From Hyphomicrobiales bacterium (GTDB taxonomy: Bacteria > Pseudomonadota > Alphaproteobacteria > Rhizobiales > Xanthobacteraceae), in contig JAXDNY010000060.1 in assembly GCA_034669145.1 (NCBI GenBank), positions 18,555 through 82,554 of the forward strand: a stretch of DNA of 64,000 nucleotides, read 5' to 3'. Shown in pieces: positions 28,390 to 38,956 of the stretch. The stretch's first letter is position 1. Every line of letters begins with the position of its first letter. The notes under the pieces were generated by a model, which worked only from the letters and a program-made list of their open reading frames with translations, was not told the origin of the DNA and made no database searches. The translations under genes and the position numbers were made by a program.

Positions 28390-30546
28390 ATGACCCGCGT
28401 CCCCGATTTTGCGGCTGTCGAATTTGCCGACGCCTCGATCTCCGCCGCGCCTGCCTCCGGCACCCCTTGGCTCACGCCCGAAGGCATTCCGGTGAAGCCG
28501 GCCTACGGGCCAGACGATCTCGCGGGCCTCGACTTCCTCGACACCTTTCCGGGCATCGCGCCCTATCTGCGCGGCCCCTATCCCACCATGTACGTCACGC
28601 AGCCGTGGACCGTGCGCCAGTATGCCGGGTTCTCGACCGCGGAGGACAGCAATGCCTTCTACCGGCGCAATCTCGCGGCCGGGCAGAAAGGCCTCTCGGT
28701 CGCGTTCGATCTCGCGACGCATCGCGGCTACGACAGCGACCATCCGCGCGTGTCGGGCGATGTCGGCATGGCCGGCGTCGCGATCGACTCGATCTACGAC
28801 ATGCGCACGCTGTTCTCCGGCATCCCGCTCGACCAGATGAGCGTGTCGATGACGATGAACGGGGCCGTGCTGCCGGTGCTCGCTCTTTATATTGTGGCTG
28901 CCGAGGAACAGGGCGTACCGCCGGAAAAGCTCTCCGGCACGATCCAGAACGACATCCTCAAAGAATTCATGGTGCGCAACACCTATATCTACCCGCCCAC
29001 GCCCTCGATGCGCATCATCTCCGATATTTTCGCCTATGCGTCCGACAAGATGCCGAAATACAATTCGATCTCGATCTCCGGCTATCACATGCAGGAGGCG
29101 GGCGCGACGCAAGACCTCGAACTCGCCTACACGCTCGCCGACGGCGTCGAATATGTGCGCGCCGGACAGAAGGCCGGGCTCGACATCGACCGCTTCGCGC
29201 CGCGCCTGTCGTTCTTCTGGGCGATCGGCATGAATTTCTTCATGGAGGTGGCGAAGCTGCGCGCCGCGCGGCTGATCTGGGCCAAGCTGATGAAGCAGGA
29301 AGGCGCGAAGGACCCGCGCTCGCTCTCGCTGCGGACGCACTCGCAGACCTCGGGTTGGTCCCTGACCGCTCAGGACGTCTACAACAACGTGGTGCGCACC
29401 GCGATCGAGGCGATGGCGGCGACGCAAGGCCACACCCAATCGCTGCACACCAACGCGCTCGACGAGGCGCTGGCGCTGCCGTCCGACTTCTCCGCCCGCA
29501 TCGCGCGCAATACGCAGCTCTTCCTGCAGCAGGAGAGCGGCACCACGCGCATCGCCGATCCGTGGGGCGGCTCGTTCTATGTCGAGCGGTTGACCGCCGA
29601 GTTGGCGAAGAAGGCGTGGGGCCACATCCTGGAAGTCGAAGAGCTCGGCGGCATGGCCAAGGCGATCGAAGCCGGAATCCCGAAGCTGCGCATCGAGGAA
29701 GCCGCCGCCAAGGCGCAGGGGCGCATCGACTCGGGCGCGCAGTCGATCATCGGCGTGAACAAATACAAGCCGACCGAGGAGAAGCCGATCGACGTGCTCA
29801 GGGTCGACAACTCGGCGGTGCGCACGCTTCAACTGGAAAAGCTCGCGCGGCTGAAAGCTGAGCGCGACCCAAAAGCCGTGGAGGACGCGCTTGCCGCGTT
29901 GACGCGCGCGGCCGACCGCGGCAATGGCAACCTGCTGGCGCTCGCGGTGGACGCGGCGCGTGCCAAGGCGACGGTCGGCGAAATTTCGATGGCACTGGAG
30001 AAGGTGTTCGGCCGCCATCGCGCCGAGATCAAGACGCTGTCGGGCGTCTACAAGCGGGAGGTCGGCATGACCGACGCCGTCGCGCGTGTGCTGAAGCTGG
30101 TCGCCGCGTTCGAGGCCGACGAAGGCCGCCGTCCGCGCATCCTGGTCGCCAAGATCGGGCAGGACGGCCACGACCGCGGGCAGAAGGTGATTGCCTCCGC
30201 CTTCGCGGACCTTGGCTTTGACGTCGACGTGGGCCCGCTGTTTGCGACGCCCGCGGAAGCCGCGCGCCAGGCGGTCGAGAACGACGTGCATGTGATCGGC
30301 CTGTCGTCGCTTGCCGCCGGGCATTTGACGCTGGTTCCCGAAGTTAAGGCGGAGCTTGAAGCCCAAGGCCGCGGCGACATCATGATCGTGGTCGGCGGCG
30401 TGGTCCCGCCGCAGGACTACGACGCACTCAGACAAGCCGGCGCCGAGGCGATCTTTCCGCCCGGCACCGTGATCGCCGAGGCCGCCGAGGAGTTGGTCAA
30501 ATCGCTCAACCGGCGGCTGGGGCACGCGAAGGAAGCGGCGGAGTAG
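28390..30546 (+). CDS. mutB: Methylmalonyl-CoA mutase large (alpha) subunit
   Basis: 718-aa [54 protein letters not shown], and the B12-binding motif GQDGHDRG. Confidence 0.95.
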   Translation: MTRVPDFAAVEFADASISAAPASGTPWLTPEGIPVKPAYGPDDLAGLDFLDTFPGIAPYLRGPYPTMYVTQPWTVRQYAGFSTAEDSNAFYRRNLAAGQKGLSVAFDLATHRGYDSDHPRVSGDVGMAGVAIDSIYDMRTLFSGIPLDQMSVSMTMNGAVLPVLALYIVAAEEQGVPPEKLSGTIQNDILKEFMVRNTYIYPPTPSMRIISDIFAYASDKMPKYNSISISGYHMQEAGATQDLELAYTLADGVEYVRAGQKAGLDIDRFAPRLSFFWAIGMNFFMEVAKLRAARLIWAKLMKQEGAKDPRSLSLRTHSQTSGWSLTAQDVYNNVVRTAIEAMAATQGHTQSLHTNALDEALALPSDFSARIARNTQLFLQQESGTTRIADPWGGSFYVERLTAELAKKAWGHILEVEELGGMAKAIEAGIPKLRIEEAAAKAQGRIDSGAQSIIGVNKYKPTEEKPIDVLRVDNSAVRTLQLEKLARLKAERDPKAVEDALAALTRAADRGNGNLLALAVDAARAKATVGEISMALEKVFGRHRAEIKTLSGVYKREVGMTDAVARVLKLVAAFEADEGRRPRILVAKIGQDGHDRGQKVIASAFADLGFDVDVGPLFATPAEAARQAVENDVHVIGLSSLAAGHLTLVPEVKAELEAQGRGDIMIVVGGVVPPQDYDALRQAGAEAIFPPGTVIAEAAEELVKSLNRRLGHAKEAAE

Positions 30547-30548
30547 GC

Positions 30549-31124
30549 TTAACGCCTGCCCAGACTACTTACGCATATTTCGAAACCTGGCAGCGCAGTC
30601 GCGCGCAACGTCTCGTTTGGCAAGACTTCACGCACATTCGTCCATCCAACTCCGGTCGGTCCTGTGTGGACCGACGTGACCTTGGTTGCCACATCGATAA
30701 CCCACAGTTCACGCACACCGTACGTCGCATAGAGCAGCGCCTTCGTGCCGCGATCGAACGCCAAGCTCGAATCCGCGACCTCGATAACCAGCAACAGATC
30801 CGATCCTTTGACCTCGTGCGATTTCAGTTCTTCGCGGAAGATGCAAAGGTCCGGTTCAACAAACGTCTTCTCCGCAAGATAGATGCTGCTTTCAGAGCCG
30901 AACCAAAGCCCTTTTGGGAGCCAGGCACTGATCGCCAGAATGAAAGCAGTCTTCACACGCTCGTGAGGGTCATAGCTCGGCGACATCGGGACAATTTCCC
31001 CTTCGATCAGCTCGAACTTCTCGCTCTCGCCAAGCACACCCGCATCGATCATCCGCCGCACGTCCGAAACCGTGAAAGCCCGGCGCGGCAGTCCCTCGGC
31101 AGCTCTGGTCCATGCGACGTTCAT
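30549..31124 (-). CDS. Uma2 (DUF820) family restriction-endonuclease-like protein
   Basis: ORF 30549..31163; ATG 31124 preferred. FELIEGEIVPMSP, EPDLCIF, LVIEVADSS and YATYGVRELWVID are typical Uma2 blocks. About 50% GC on a sampled line. Confidence 0.75.
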   Translation of the reverse strand: MNVAWTRAAEGLPRRAFTVSDVRRMIDAGVLGESEKFELIEGEIVPMSPSYDPHERVKTAFILAISAWLPKGLWFGSESSIYLAEKTFVEPDLCIFREELKSHEVKGSDLLLVIEVADSSLAFDRGTKALLYATYGVRELWVIDVATKVTSVHTGPTGVGWTNVREVLPNETLRATALPGFEICVSSLGRR

Positions 31125-31184
31125 GCCGTCATTATACCACAGATTTCTGTCCGACTGGATCACGACGGGCGCGGGGGGCTTTCA

Positions 31185-31694
31185 ATGCGACGTATCATGC
31201 GTGTCTTGGCCTTGGCGCTGGGGACGCTCCTCTCCGGCTGCTTCGCGTCCGACAGGCCGATGTTCTCTCCTGCGAGCGCAGTTCCCGCGCTGGGCGACGG
31301 CGGGCGTTATGCGACGTTCGAGGTCGATGAGGGCAAGGAGAAACCCAGCGATCCGATCGTGGTGCGGCCCGGTCCGGCCAACGTCTATGACTTCGTCAAC
31401 GAAAAGGGTCACGCAACGCCGGTGACGTTCCACCCAATCGCCGGCGGGCTGCACGTGGCGCAGGTCAGGCTCGACGGCGGCCAAGGCTATGGCTACGTCG
31501 TGGCCCGCGTAGCGGGAAACGACGTGGTGATCATGCCGGCCGAATGCGCCAGGCAGGACAAGGCGAAAATGAATGCGCTCGGCGTCGTCCAGGTCAATCA
31601 ATACGAATGCCGGATCGACAAGGTCGCCGACCCGGCAGCCTTCTTCGCGGGGCTCAGCTTCAGCCCGCCGGTCTCACGGATGGTGCGCGAATAG
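31185..31694 (+). CDS. Lipoprotein, hypothetical
   Basis: Internal ATG 31185 of ORF 30666..31694. Signal peptide plus lipobox (LGTLLSGC). No family recognised. Confidence 0.6.
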   Translation: MRRIMRVLALALGTLLSGCFASDRPMFSPASAVPALGDGGRYATFEVDEGKEKPSDPIVVRPGPANVYDFVNEKGHATPVTFHPIAGGLHVAQVRLDGGQGYGYVVARVAGNDVVIMPAECARQDKAKMNALGVVQVNQYECRIDKVADPAAFFAGLSFSPPVSRMVRE

Positions 31695-31696
31695 CG

Positions 31697-33880
31697 TCAG
31701 TTCAGCCGCCCCTCGACCACCGGCTTCTTCTCCTTGTCGAGGATCGAGCGCACGTGACGCATCACGTGATCGGCGACGATCGCGTGAGCCTCGGCGGTCG
31801 GGTGGAACGCGCCGGAGGTGAGCGCCGCAAAGGCCGGCTGGAGAATATCGAACGGCGAGATGCCTTCGCGATGCGTGTTCGCTGTGAGGAACGCGTCGTT
31901 CGGATTGTGAATGAGCCGCCAGCGGTGCGCGTAAGGCAGCGCACCTGCGGGTGAATACGGCTCCCAGTCGTCGGTCGTCTTCGAGCGGCGTGGCATCTTC
32001 ATCGAAGCCTGATCCATCAGCGCGCGGGTCGGATCGCGCGCGCAGATGCCGCGCTTGGAGAAGTCCGCCGCGTGCTCGGTGATGAAGCGGAAGCCGGTGC
32101 CGGCCCCGGTCGCGAGACCGGCCGGGCAGTCGCGCCCGTTCCGGGTCGACGCCATGCAGGCAAGCCGCTTCTGCAAGTCGGCGGCGACGTCCGCGGCCTC
32201 GTTCAGCCGCGCCTTGTTCACCTTCAGCGAGGGATGCACATCCATGCCGAGCGTCGCCTGCGAGCCGCAATAGCCGCCGACCTCGTCGAATTGAATGGGC
32301 TCGTAGGCATTCTGCAACACGCGCGCCGGGTCGACGCCGAAGCCGTCAACCAGCGCATCGCGCACCGCCTTGATGCGCTTGTCGAGCTGACCGAGATAAG
32401 TCCGCGCCACATCCGGACCGAAGCGCAGTTCGCCACCGGCGAGCGCCGCGATCGGCGCCAGATCGCGCGCGTTCTCGATGCTCGCATAGAGGGCCAGCGC
32501 ACCGAAACCGACGTCGTTGCCGCCGATCGAGAGCAGGACGAGATCGATAGCGCGCTTGCGGCTGGCCGGCGGGCACCATTGCTTCGACACGGTCTGCGCC
32601 GAAATGCCGGTGCTGCCGTATTTGTAGGTCGGCAACGTATAGCTGGCGCTCTGCGTGCGGCCCTTCGCCCCGTCGCGGCAGATGAGGTCGGCAAGCTGGT
32701 CGAGCTGCGGCGGCACCTTGGCGCCGCCCTTCTCGCTCATGCGCTCGCGCGCGTCGTGATCCATGAACAGCCCGATGACATCCGCGCCCGAGCACGCGAC
32801 GCTCACCAGCGTCACGGCGCGGTGGCGGTTCTCCAGCGTTATCGCGAGGCCGACGCGGAACGGATAACCGTATTGCGAGCGGTGGCAGTCGGCGGAAAGC
32901 CACTGCGCGCCGCCCTTGTCGAACGCGGTCTGGAACTCAGCCGAGTTGGGGCGATACACAAGGCCCTTTGCCTCGTCCTCCATGACGCGGCGCGGCAGGC
33001 TCTTCACGTCGAACGCACTGTCGGTCGAGGCGAGACCGAAACTGTTCGCCTTGTAGCCCCTGTCGTAGCCGCGCGAGGCAAGCTGATCGCGATTGTTGGC
33101 GATGATCGGGTCGTAGACCATTTGGCGCGACGGGCTGAACGACACCGGGCGGTCCGGATTGCTCTCGCCCGACATGAACGAGTCGCCGATCGCGACAACG
33201 AACACGTCCTCCACTACCACGGTCTCGGTCAATTCTTTTCCATCAGGCAGCGTGACCTTGACGTTCGCGCCCGATACCTTGGTGTCCGGCGAATACGGCA
33301 CGCGCTTGATCACGAACTTGTTCTTGCAGGGCTGCTTGATGCTCTCGCCCTTGCCGGCGCCGGCGCGCGGCAGCCACGCGAAGATGCATTCGCCCGCGCC
33401 GGCTTCGGCAAGCCGCTCGGGCGCAAGCGTCACATCGACCGTGTGCGCATCCGGCAGGACGTAGTCTTCTTTCGCGGTGCCCCAGGAATATTGCCGTTCG
33501 CAAACGCCCATGTAGCGGAACGGCCGCGAGTTGCGCTCGTAACAGGTCGACTCGAGCGTCTGCGCAGCCCAGCCGAGGCGCGAGCGCTCATAGCCCGCGC
33601 GCTTGGTATCGAGACAGCGGCCCGGACTCGACTTGTCGGCGCAATCGGGATCGTTCAGGCGGCGCTCGGTGCGCCAGACGATGTTCGCAGGCAGCGGGCT
33701 ATCGGCTTTGCCGCGCACCGCCTCGTACGCCTTCTCATGCAGCGCGAACGAGGACGTCTTCTTGAAGAACCGGAACGGGTTCTGCACCTCCCAAACCAGG
33801 TCGGCGGCGGAAACGGTTCCGATTTGAAGGATGGCGAGTGGAATGGACACAAGCCAAGGGATCGTCGCGAGCCGACGCAT
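31697..33880 (-). CDS. Large secreted SGNH/GDSL-type hydrolase with Cys-rich N-terminal domain
   Basis: Internal ATG 33880 of ORF 31697..33982 gives a signal peptide (MRRLATIPWLVSIPLAILQIGTVSA). Block I AIGDSFMSGE, block III SIGGNDVGF, block V-like GAFHPTAEAH. About 250 aa of N-terminal Cys-rich sequence belong to no family I recognise. Confidence 0.7.
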   Translation of the reverse strand: MRRLATIPWLVSIPLAILQIGTVSAADLVWEVQNPFRFFKKTSSFALHEKAYEAVRGKADSPLPANIVWRTERRLNDPDCADKSSPGRCLDTKRAGYERSRLGWAAQTLESTCYERNSRPFRYMGVCERQYSWGTAKEDYVLPDAHTVDVTLAPERLAEAGAGECIFAWLPRAGAGKGESIKQPCKNKFVIKRVPYSPDTKVSGANVKVTLPDGKELTETVVVEDVFVVAIGDSFMSGESNPDRPVSFSPSRQMVYDPIIANNRDQLASRGYDRGYKANSFGLASTDSAFDVKSLPRRVMEDEAKGLVYRPNSAEFQTAFDKGGAQWLSADCHRSQYGYPFRVGLAITLENRHRAVTLVSVACSGADVIGLFMDHDARERMSEKGGAKVPPQLDQLADLICRDGAKGRTQSASYTLPTYKYGSTGISAQTVSKQWCPPASRKRAIDLVLLSIGGNDVGFGALALYASIENARDLAPIAALAGGELRFGPDVARTYLGQLDKRIKAVRDALVDGFGVDPARVLQNAYEPIQFDEVGGYCGSQATLGMDVHPSLKVNKARLNEAADVAADLQKRLACMASTRNGRDCPAGLATGAGTGFRFITEHAADFSKRGICARDPTRALMDQASMKMPRRSKTTDDWEPYSPAGALPYAHRWRLIHNPNDAFLTANTHREGISPFDILQPAFAALTSGAFHPTAEAHAIVADHVMRHVRSILDKEKKPVVEGRLN

Positions 33881-34004
33881 GAGTATCTCCCGCACCATCC
33901 ACCCAGCGCGATGATAGCTGATTTTGCCGCCTGTGCGATGCAAAACTTGGCCCAGCCCGATTAATGTCTGCTCCTGTGGCACAACCGCCGACCAGGGTAA
34001 CGCC

Positions 34005-35549
34005 TTAAACTTGTTGGTAAATTCCGTCTTTTCGGGGCGCGGCGCCTGAATGGAGCGAAGCGGGAAAGTGTGTAGGCCGGCCCTTGGCCATCAGATTGTT
34101 GGCCGCGATCGTGACGGTACAGACAAACCCCTCGGGCCGGAAATCGGTCGAAATATCGCCGTCGAGCGAGGCCCCGATCCGCTCGAATACGACCTGACCG
34201 AAGCCCCTGCGCGCCGGCTCCGTCACGGGTGGCCCGCCCCGCTCCTGCCAGACAAGCTCGACACCCTGATCCTGCGAACCGCGCGTCCAGCCGATCGTGA
34301 CCGTGCCTGACGCGTTCGACAGGGCGCCGTGTTTGGTCGCGTTGGTGCCAAGCTCGTGCATGATCAGCCCAAGCGACTGCATCGTCTGCGGCGTGAGATG
34401 GACTTCCGGCCCCTGCGCGACGATCCGTGTTGTGTCGATACCGCCGAATGGCGCGAGCTGAACGCGCAGCAGTTCCTCCAGCGTCGCGCCCTGCCAGTCG
34501 TTCTGCACCAGAAGATCGTGGCTGTAGGCGAGTGCCTGGATGCAGCCGCGAAAGCGCACCTCGAAGTCCTCGATGTCGTCGCTGCGCCGCGCGATCATGC
34601 GGGCCAGGCCCTGCACGACGGCGAGCAGATTTTTCGTGCGATGCGACAGTTCGCGCAACGTGAAGCCGAGGTGTTCCTTGTTTTCGCGGTTCTCGGTCAT
34701 GTCGCGATGCACCGCCGCCACGCCGATCACCGCGCCGTCGGGAGCAAAGATCGGCGAGCCGCTGATCCCGACGGGAATCAGCCGCCCGTCCTTGTGACGG
34801 CGAACGGTCTCCAGCAGAACCGGCTTGCCGCTCATCGTCTGCGCATAAAGCCCGGCCTGCTCGTCGCGCATCTCCCCGGGGCAGATCATGTTCAGCGAAT
34901 GCCCGATCGCCTCGGCGGCGCTGTAGCCATAGAGCCGCTCGGCGCCGCCGTTCCAGGTCTTGATCGTCAGGTCCGGATCGATCGAGAAGATCGCATCGCT
35001 CGATGAATGCACGGTGGAGGCGTGCAGCGCATTTGCTTCTTCGCCGCGCTTGCGATCGGTGATGTCCACGATCAGCCCGATCGAACGTGTCGCCCGGCGC
35101 CCTTTGGGGCCATCCTGGAAGAAAGTCTTGCCGCGCAGAAGGATCCAGCCGGTCGAGCCATCGAACCGCGTGATGCGATGTTCGTCTTCGTAGTCGCCGC
35201 CGCTCTCGGGCAGGAGTGACGCCTGCAGCTTCTCGCGAAAGCGCGAGCGCATGTCGGACGGAATGATGCGCTCGAGCAGATCGGCGTCGCTGTTGATGTC
35301 GAGATCGGCGGGTGCATGCAGAATCGCGCGCAGCTCGGGCGACCAGTAGCGCCGCCGCGCCACCCAATCGATCTCGTACATTCCGAGCCCGGTCGCGCGG
35401 CGCACGAGACGCAGGCGTTCTTCCGAGTCGCGTAACGCTTCCTCGGTCGAAAGCTCGTCGCGCGCACGAGCGCGCCGGCCGCCGAGGCTTCGCAAAAAGC
35501 CCGGCAACCGGCGCAGAAGGCTCGTGAACTGGTTCACGCGAACATTCAT
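34005..35549 (-). CDS. Cytoplasmic PAS-PAS HWE-type (HisKA_2) sensor histidine kinase
   Basis: 514-aa ORF. Two PAS-like regions. H-box ELSHRTKNLLAVVQGL, then HELGTNATKHGA. No response regulator gene is adjacent. Confidence 0.85.
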   Translation of the reverse strand: MNVRVNQFTSLLRRLPGFLRSLGGRRARARDELSTEEALRDSEERLRLVRRATGLGMYEIDWVARRRYWSPELRAILHAPADLDINSDADLLERIIPSDMRSRFREKLQASLLPESGGDYEDEHRITRFDGSTGWILLRGKTFFQDGPKGRRATRSIGLIVDITDRKRGEEANALHASTVHSSSDAIFSIDPDLTIKTWNGGAERLYGYSAAEAIGHSLNMICPGEMRDEQAGLYAQTMSGKPVLLETVRRHKDGRLIPVGISGSPIFAPDGAVIGVAAVHRDMTENRENKEHLGFTLRELSHRTKNLLAVVQGLARMIARRSDDIEDFEVRFRGCIQALAYSHDLLVQNDWQGATLEELLRVQLAPFGGIDTTRIVAQGPEVHLTPQTMQSLGLIMHELGTNATKHGALSNASGTVTIGWTRGSQDQGVELVWQERGGPPVTEPARRGFGQVVFERIGASLDGDISTDFRPEGFVCTVTIAANNLMAKGRPTHFPASLHSGAAPRKDGIYQQV

Positions 35550-35697
35550 GCGCTCAATCTGTTCGGCCGTGAATGCGGTGTCGCGTGATAAGGTTCCAAG
35601 GCATCGCGCCTTGCCACCGCAGCATCGCGGGCGCTAGCATGTTAGCCATCAAACACGAAGCGGCTGCCCAGACGCCGTTCCCGAGGGAGGAATACCC

Positions 35698-36681
35698 ATG
35701 ACGAAACTGACGCGCCGCGCATTCGCGGCTTCAGCAGCAGCGGCTGCCGGCCTGACGATCAAGCCCGCCTTCGCGCAGAGTTATCCGGCGCGTCCTGTTA
35801 CCGTTGTGGTGCCGTGGGGCGCGGGCGGCGGCACCGACGCGACCGCGCGCATCGTCGCCGCGCTGCTCGAGAAAGAGCTCGGCCAGCCGTTCAATGTCGT
35901 GAACCGCACCGGCGGCTCTGGCGTCGTCGGTCACTCGGCGATCGCGACCGCGGCGCCCGACGGCTACACCATCGGCATGCTGACGGTGGAAATCAGCATG
36001 ATGCATTGGCAGGGCCTGACCGAACTTAACCCGAAGAGCTACACGCCGCTCGCGCTGATGAATGAAGACCCTCCCGGCGTCTCGGTCAGCGGGGCATCTT
36101 CTTACAAGACCGTCAAAGAGCTCGCTGACGCGATCAAGGCTGCGCCTCCCGGCAAGATGAAGGCGTCCGGCACGGGCCAAGGCGGCATCTGGCATCTCGC
36201 GCTCGTCGGCTGGCTCAAGGCCATGGGCCTCGCAGCCAATCACGTGGCCTGGGTGCCGTCGAACGGCGCCGCGCCCGCAATGCAGGATCTCGCGGCGGGC
36301 GGTCTCGATCTGTGCACCTGCTCGATCCCGGAAGCCCGCGCGATCATCGAAGCCGGCAAGGCCCGCGCGCTCGCCATCATGGCGCCGGAGCGCAACCCGG
36401 TGTTCAAGGATATCCCGACGCTGAAAGAGGCGATGAGCATCGACTATTCGACCGGCGCGTGGCGCGGCATCGCGGGTCCGAAGGGCCTGCCAGCCGACAT
36501 TGCCACCAAGCTGACCGCAACGTTGAAGAAGGTCTACGACTCCAAGGAGTTCAAGGACTTCATGAGCAACCGCGGCTTCGGCACGGTGTGGGGCGACGCC
36601 GCCGAGTTCGCCAAGTTCATGGACGCGGGCGACGCCCAGATGGGCGATGCGATGAAGGCCGCGGGCCTCGCGAAGGCCTGA
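35698..36681 (+). CDS. tctC: Tripartite tricarboxylate transporter substrate-binding protein (Bug/TctC family)
   Basis: Signal peptide, then YPARPVTVVVPWGAGGGTDATARI and VVNRTGGSGVVG motifs. Confidence 0.85.
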   Translation: MTKLTRRAFAASAAAAAGLTIKPAFAQSYPARPVTVVVPWGAGGGTDATARIVAALLEKELGQPFNVVNRTGGSGVVGHSAIATAAPDGYTIGMLTVEISMMHWQGLTELNPKSYTPLALMNEDPPGVSVSGASSYKTVKELADAIKAAPPGKMKASGTGQGGIWHLALVGWLKAMGLAANHVAWVPSNGAAPAMQDLAAGGLDLCTCSIPEARAIIEAGKARALAIMAPERNPVFKDIPTLKEAMSIDYSTGAWRGIAGPKGLPADIATKLTATLKKVYDSKEFKDFMSNRGFGTVWGDAAEFAKFMDAGDAQMGDAMKAAGLAKA

Positions 36682-36682
36682 G

Positions 36683-37168
36683 ATGCAGCTATCGGATCGC
36701 GTGACCGGCCTGTTCCTCGTTGGCCTGGGTTCGGCTGCGGCCTATGGCGGGTGGCTCTTGCCACCCGTTCCGGGTCAGCCGGTCGGGCCGAACGTGTTTC
36801 CGCTGGTGATCGGCATCGGGCTTGCGCTGTGCGGGCTCGGGATTGCGTTCGGGATCGGCCACACCTTCGAGGAGGAAGAAGAGATTATCCCGCTCGAGGG
36901 CGGCGAAGCCGTGGCGCCGAAGAGCGCCTTTTACGGATTGCGAGCGCTGCTGCCGCCCGCGCTGTTGCTGTTTTACGTGCTGGCGGCCGACCGGCTCGGA
37001 TTCATCATCACGGCCGCGCTGATCGTGTTCGCGACCTCGACCGCGCTCGGCGCGAAATGGAAGCTCTCCGTTCCGCTCATGGTGCTGGCACCGATCGGCA
37101 TCCATCTGATTTTCGCCAAGCTGTTGCGCGTACCGCTCCCGGGCGGGCTTCTATCGATGCCGTGGTGA
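36683..37168 (+). CDS. tctB: Tripartite tricarboxylate transporter TctB-family small membrane subunit
   Basis: 161-aa, 4-TM ORF between the tctC and tctA homologues. Confidence 0.75.
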   Translation: MQLSDRVTGLFLVGLGSAAAYGGWLLPPVPGQPVGPNVFPLVIGIGLALCGLGIAFGIGHTFEEEEEIIPLEGGEAVAPKSAFYGLRALLPPALLLFYVLAADRLGFIITAALIVFATSTALGAKWKLSVPLMVLAPIGIHLIFAKLLRVPLPGGLLSMPW

Positions 37169-37174
37169 TCTAGA

Positions 37175-38686
37175 ATGTGGAATACCCTGGTCGAAGCGGT
37201 CTATCTGGTCTGCGCGCCGGATGTCATCATCGCGATGCTGCTGGCCTCGGTCTATGGCCTCGTCATCGGCTCCCTGCCCGGCCTTTCCGCCACCATGGCG
37301 ACGGCACTGTTGGTTCCGGTCACATTTTATCTCTCGCCGATCGCCGCGATCGCGACCATCGTCGCAGCCTCCTCGATGGCGATCTTCTCCGGCGACATTC
37401 CGGGCGCCCTGTTGCGGATTCCCGGAACGCCCGCTTCCGCGGCTTACGCCGACGAAGCCTATGCGATGACTCGCAAGGGCGAGGCGGAACTGGCGCTCGG
37501 CGCGGGCGTCTGGTTCTCCGCCGTCGGCGGCATCGCGGGTACGCTCTCGCTGATGATCCTCGCGCCACCGCTGGCCGAGATCGCGCTCTCGTTCTCGACC
37601 TTCGAGTATTTCTGGCTCGCCTTTCTCGGCCTGATGTGCGCGACGCTGGTCGCGCGCTCCTCGCCGATGAAGGCGATCGCCGGGATGTTCCTCGGGCTGC
37701 TGGTCTCCTGCGTCGGCATCGAGAACCCCGGCGGCGTGCCGCGCTTCACATTCGGTTTCGTCGATCTGTTCGGCGGCATCGAGCCGATCCCGGCACTGGT
37801 CGGCGTGTTCGCGGTTGCGCAGGTGATGCGCGCGATGCTGACCCCGGAGCCTCCGCCGCTGCCGAAGCGCAAGTTCGGAAGCATCATGGCGGGCCAGTGG
37901 AGGCTGACCAAGCAATATCACTGGCAGATGACGCGCGGGAACATCGTCGGCATCATCATCGGCGTGCTGCCCGGCGCCGGCGCCGACATGGCCGCCTGGG
38001 TAAGCTATGCGATGTCGAAGCGCTTCTCCAAGACGCCGGAGAAGTTCGGCACCGGCCACGTCGAAGGCCTGGTCGAGGCCGGCGCCAGCAACAATGCCTC
38101 GATTGCGTCCGGCTGGGTGCCCTCGCTGCTGTTCGGCATTCCCGGCGACACCATCGCGGCGATCGCGATCGGCGTCCTCTACATGAAGGGACTCAATCCC
38201 GGCCCGACGCTGTTCACCGAAAAAGCCTCGAGCATGTATGCGATCTACATCATGTTCATTATCGCCAACATCCTGATGATCCCGCTCGGCATCGTGATGA
38301 TCCGCATGGCGAGTTACGTGCTCAAGGCACCGCGCTCCTCGGTAATGCCCATCATCATGCTGTGCTGCGCGGTCGGCTCGTTCGCGATCGGCAACAACAT
38401 GTTCGGCGTCGTCACCGTCGCGACATTCGGCCTGATCGGCTACGTCATGGAGGCGAACGGCTATCCGGTCGCCGCCATGGTGCTCGGCATCGTCATGGGC
38501 ACGATGGTCGAGCAGGCGTTCGTCACCTCGCTGATCAAGTCGGACGGCTCGATCCTGCCGTTCTTCGAGCGGCCGGTGTCGGCCGTGCTCGCCGCCTGCA
38601 CCATCGCGGCGTTCGCCTGGCCGGCGTTTGTGTGGGTGAAGAGGAAGATGGGCGGTGTAAAGCGGATGGAGGTGGGGGCGGAGTAG
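37175..38686 (+). CDS. tctA: Tripartite tricarboxylate transporter permease TctA family
   Basis: 503-aa polytopic ORF. LPGLSATMATALLVP and GVLPGAGADMAAW are typical TctA blocks. Confidence 0.85.
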   Translation: MWNTLVEAVYLVCAPDVIIAMLLASVYGLVIGSLPGLSATMATALLVPVTFYLSPIAAIATIVAASSMAIFSGDIPGALLRIPGTPASAAYADEAYAMTRKGEAELALGAGVWFSAVGGIAGTLSLMILAPPLAEIALSFSTFEYFWLAFLGLMCATLVARSSPMKAIAGMFLGLLVSCVGIENPGGVPRFTFGFVDLFGGIEPIPALVGVFAVAQVMRAMLTPEPPPLPKRKFGSIMAGQWRLTKQYHWQMTRGNIVGIIIGVLPGAGADMAAWVSYAMSKRFSKTPEKFGTGHVEGLVEAGASNNASIASGWVPSLLFGIPGDTIAAIAIGVLYMKGLNPGPTLFTEKASSMYAIYIMFIIANILMIPLGIVMIRMASYVLKAPRSSVMPIIMLCCAVGSFAIGNNMFGVVTVATFGLIGYVMEANGYPVAAMVLGIVMGTMVEQAFVTSLIKSDGSILPFFERPVSAVLAACTIAAFAWPAFVWVKRKMGGVKRMEVGAE

Positions 38687-38956
38687 CGAGTGCCGACGAT
38701 CACGCTTCTCGTTTTCGGCCTGCAACGCATATCGCGTCCACCTTCGCCAAAGCCGCGGCGGACCAGCCGCCCATGCAGGCGACTTGCCCAGCCCCTTGGC
38801 ATGCGCGTCTGCCGCAATCGCGGCGCGATGCGACACGCGCTTGCTGCAACCCACACGTTGTTCTAGCATTGAATTCTCTATCGCACGTTGCCGTGCGCAA
38901 CGGCCAGCCGCCGGCACAGGGAAGGGCCGGCGACGGTTCGTGGAACGGGGGCTCAC

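Noticed and set aside
28294-30525. 743-aa ORF antisense to mutB. Similar very long antisense or alternate-frame ORFs occur at 52003..54381, 40138..42063, 37151..39097, 33961..35367, 62329..63615 and 21836..23476.
   Set aside because: Each lies opposite or out of frame to a gene with unmistakable family motifs. Their translations are Arg/Ala/Gly/Pro-rich low-complexity sequence, typical of stop-poor non-coding frames in high-GC DNA.
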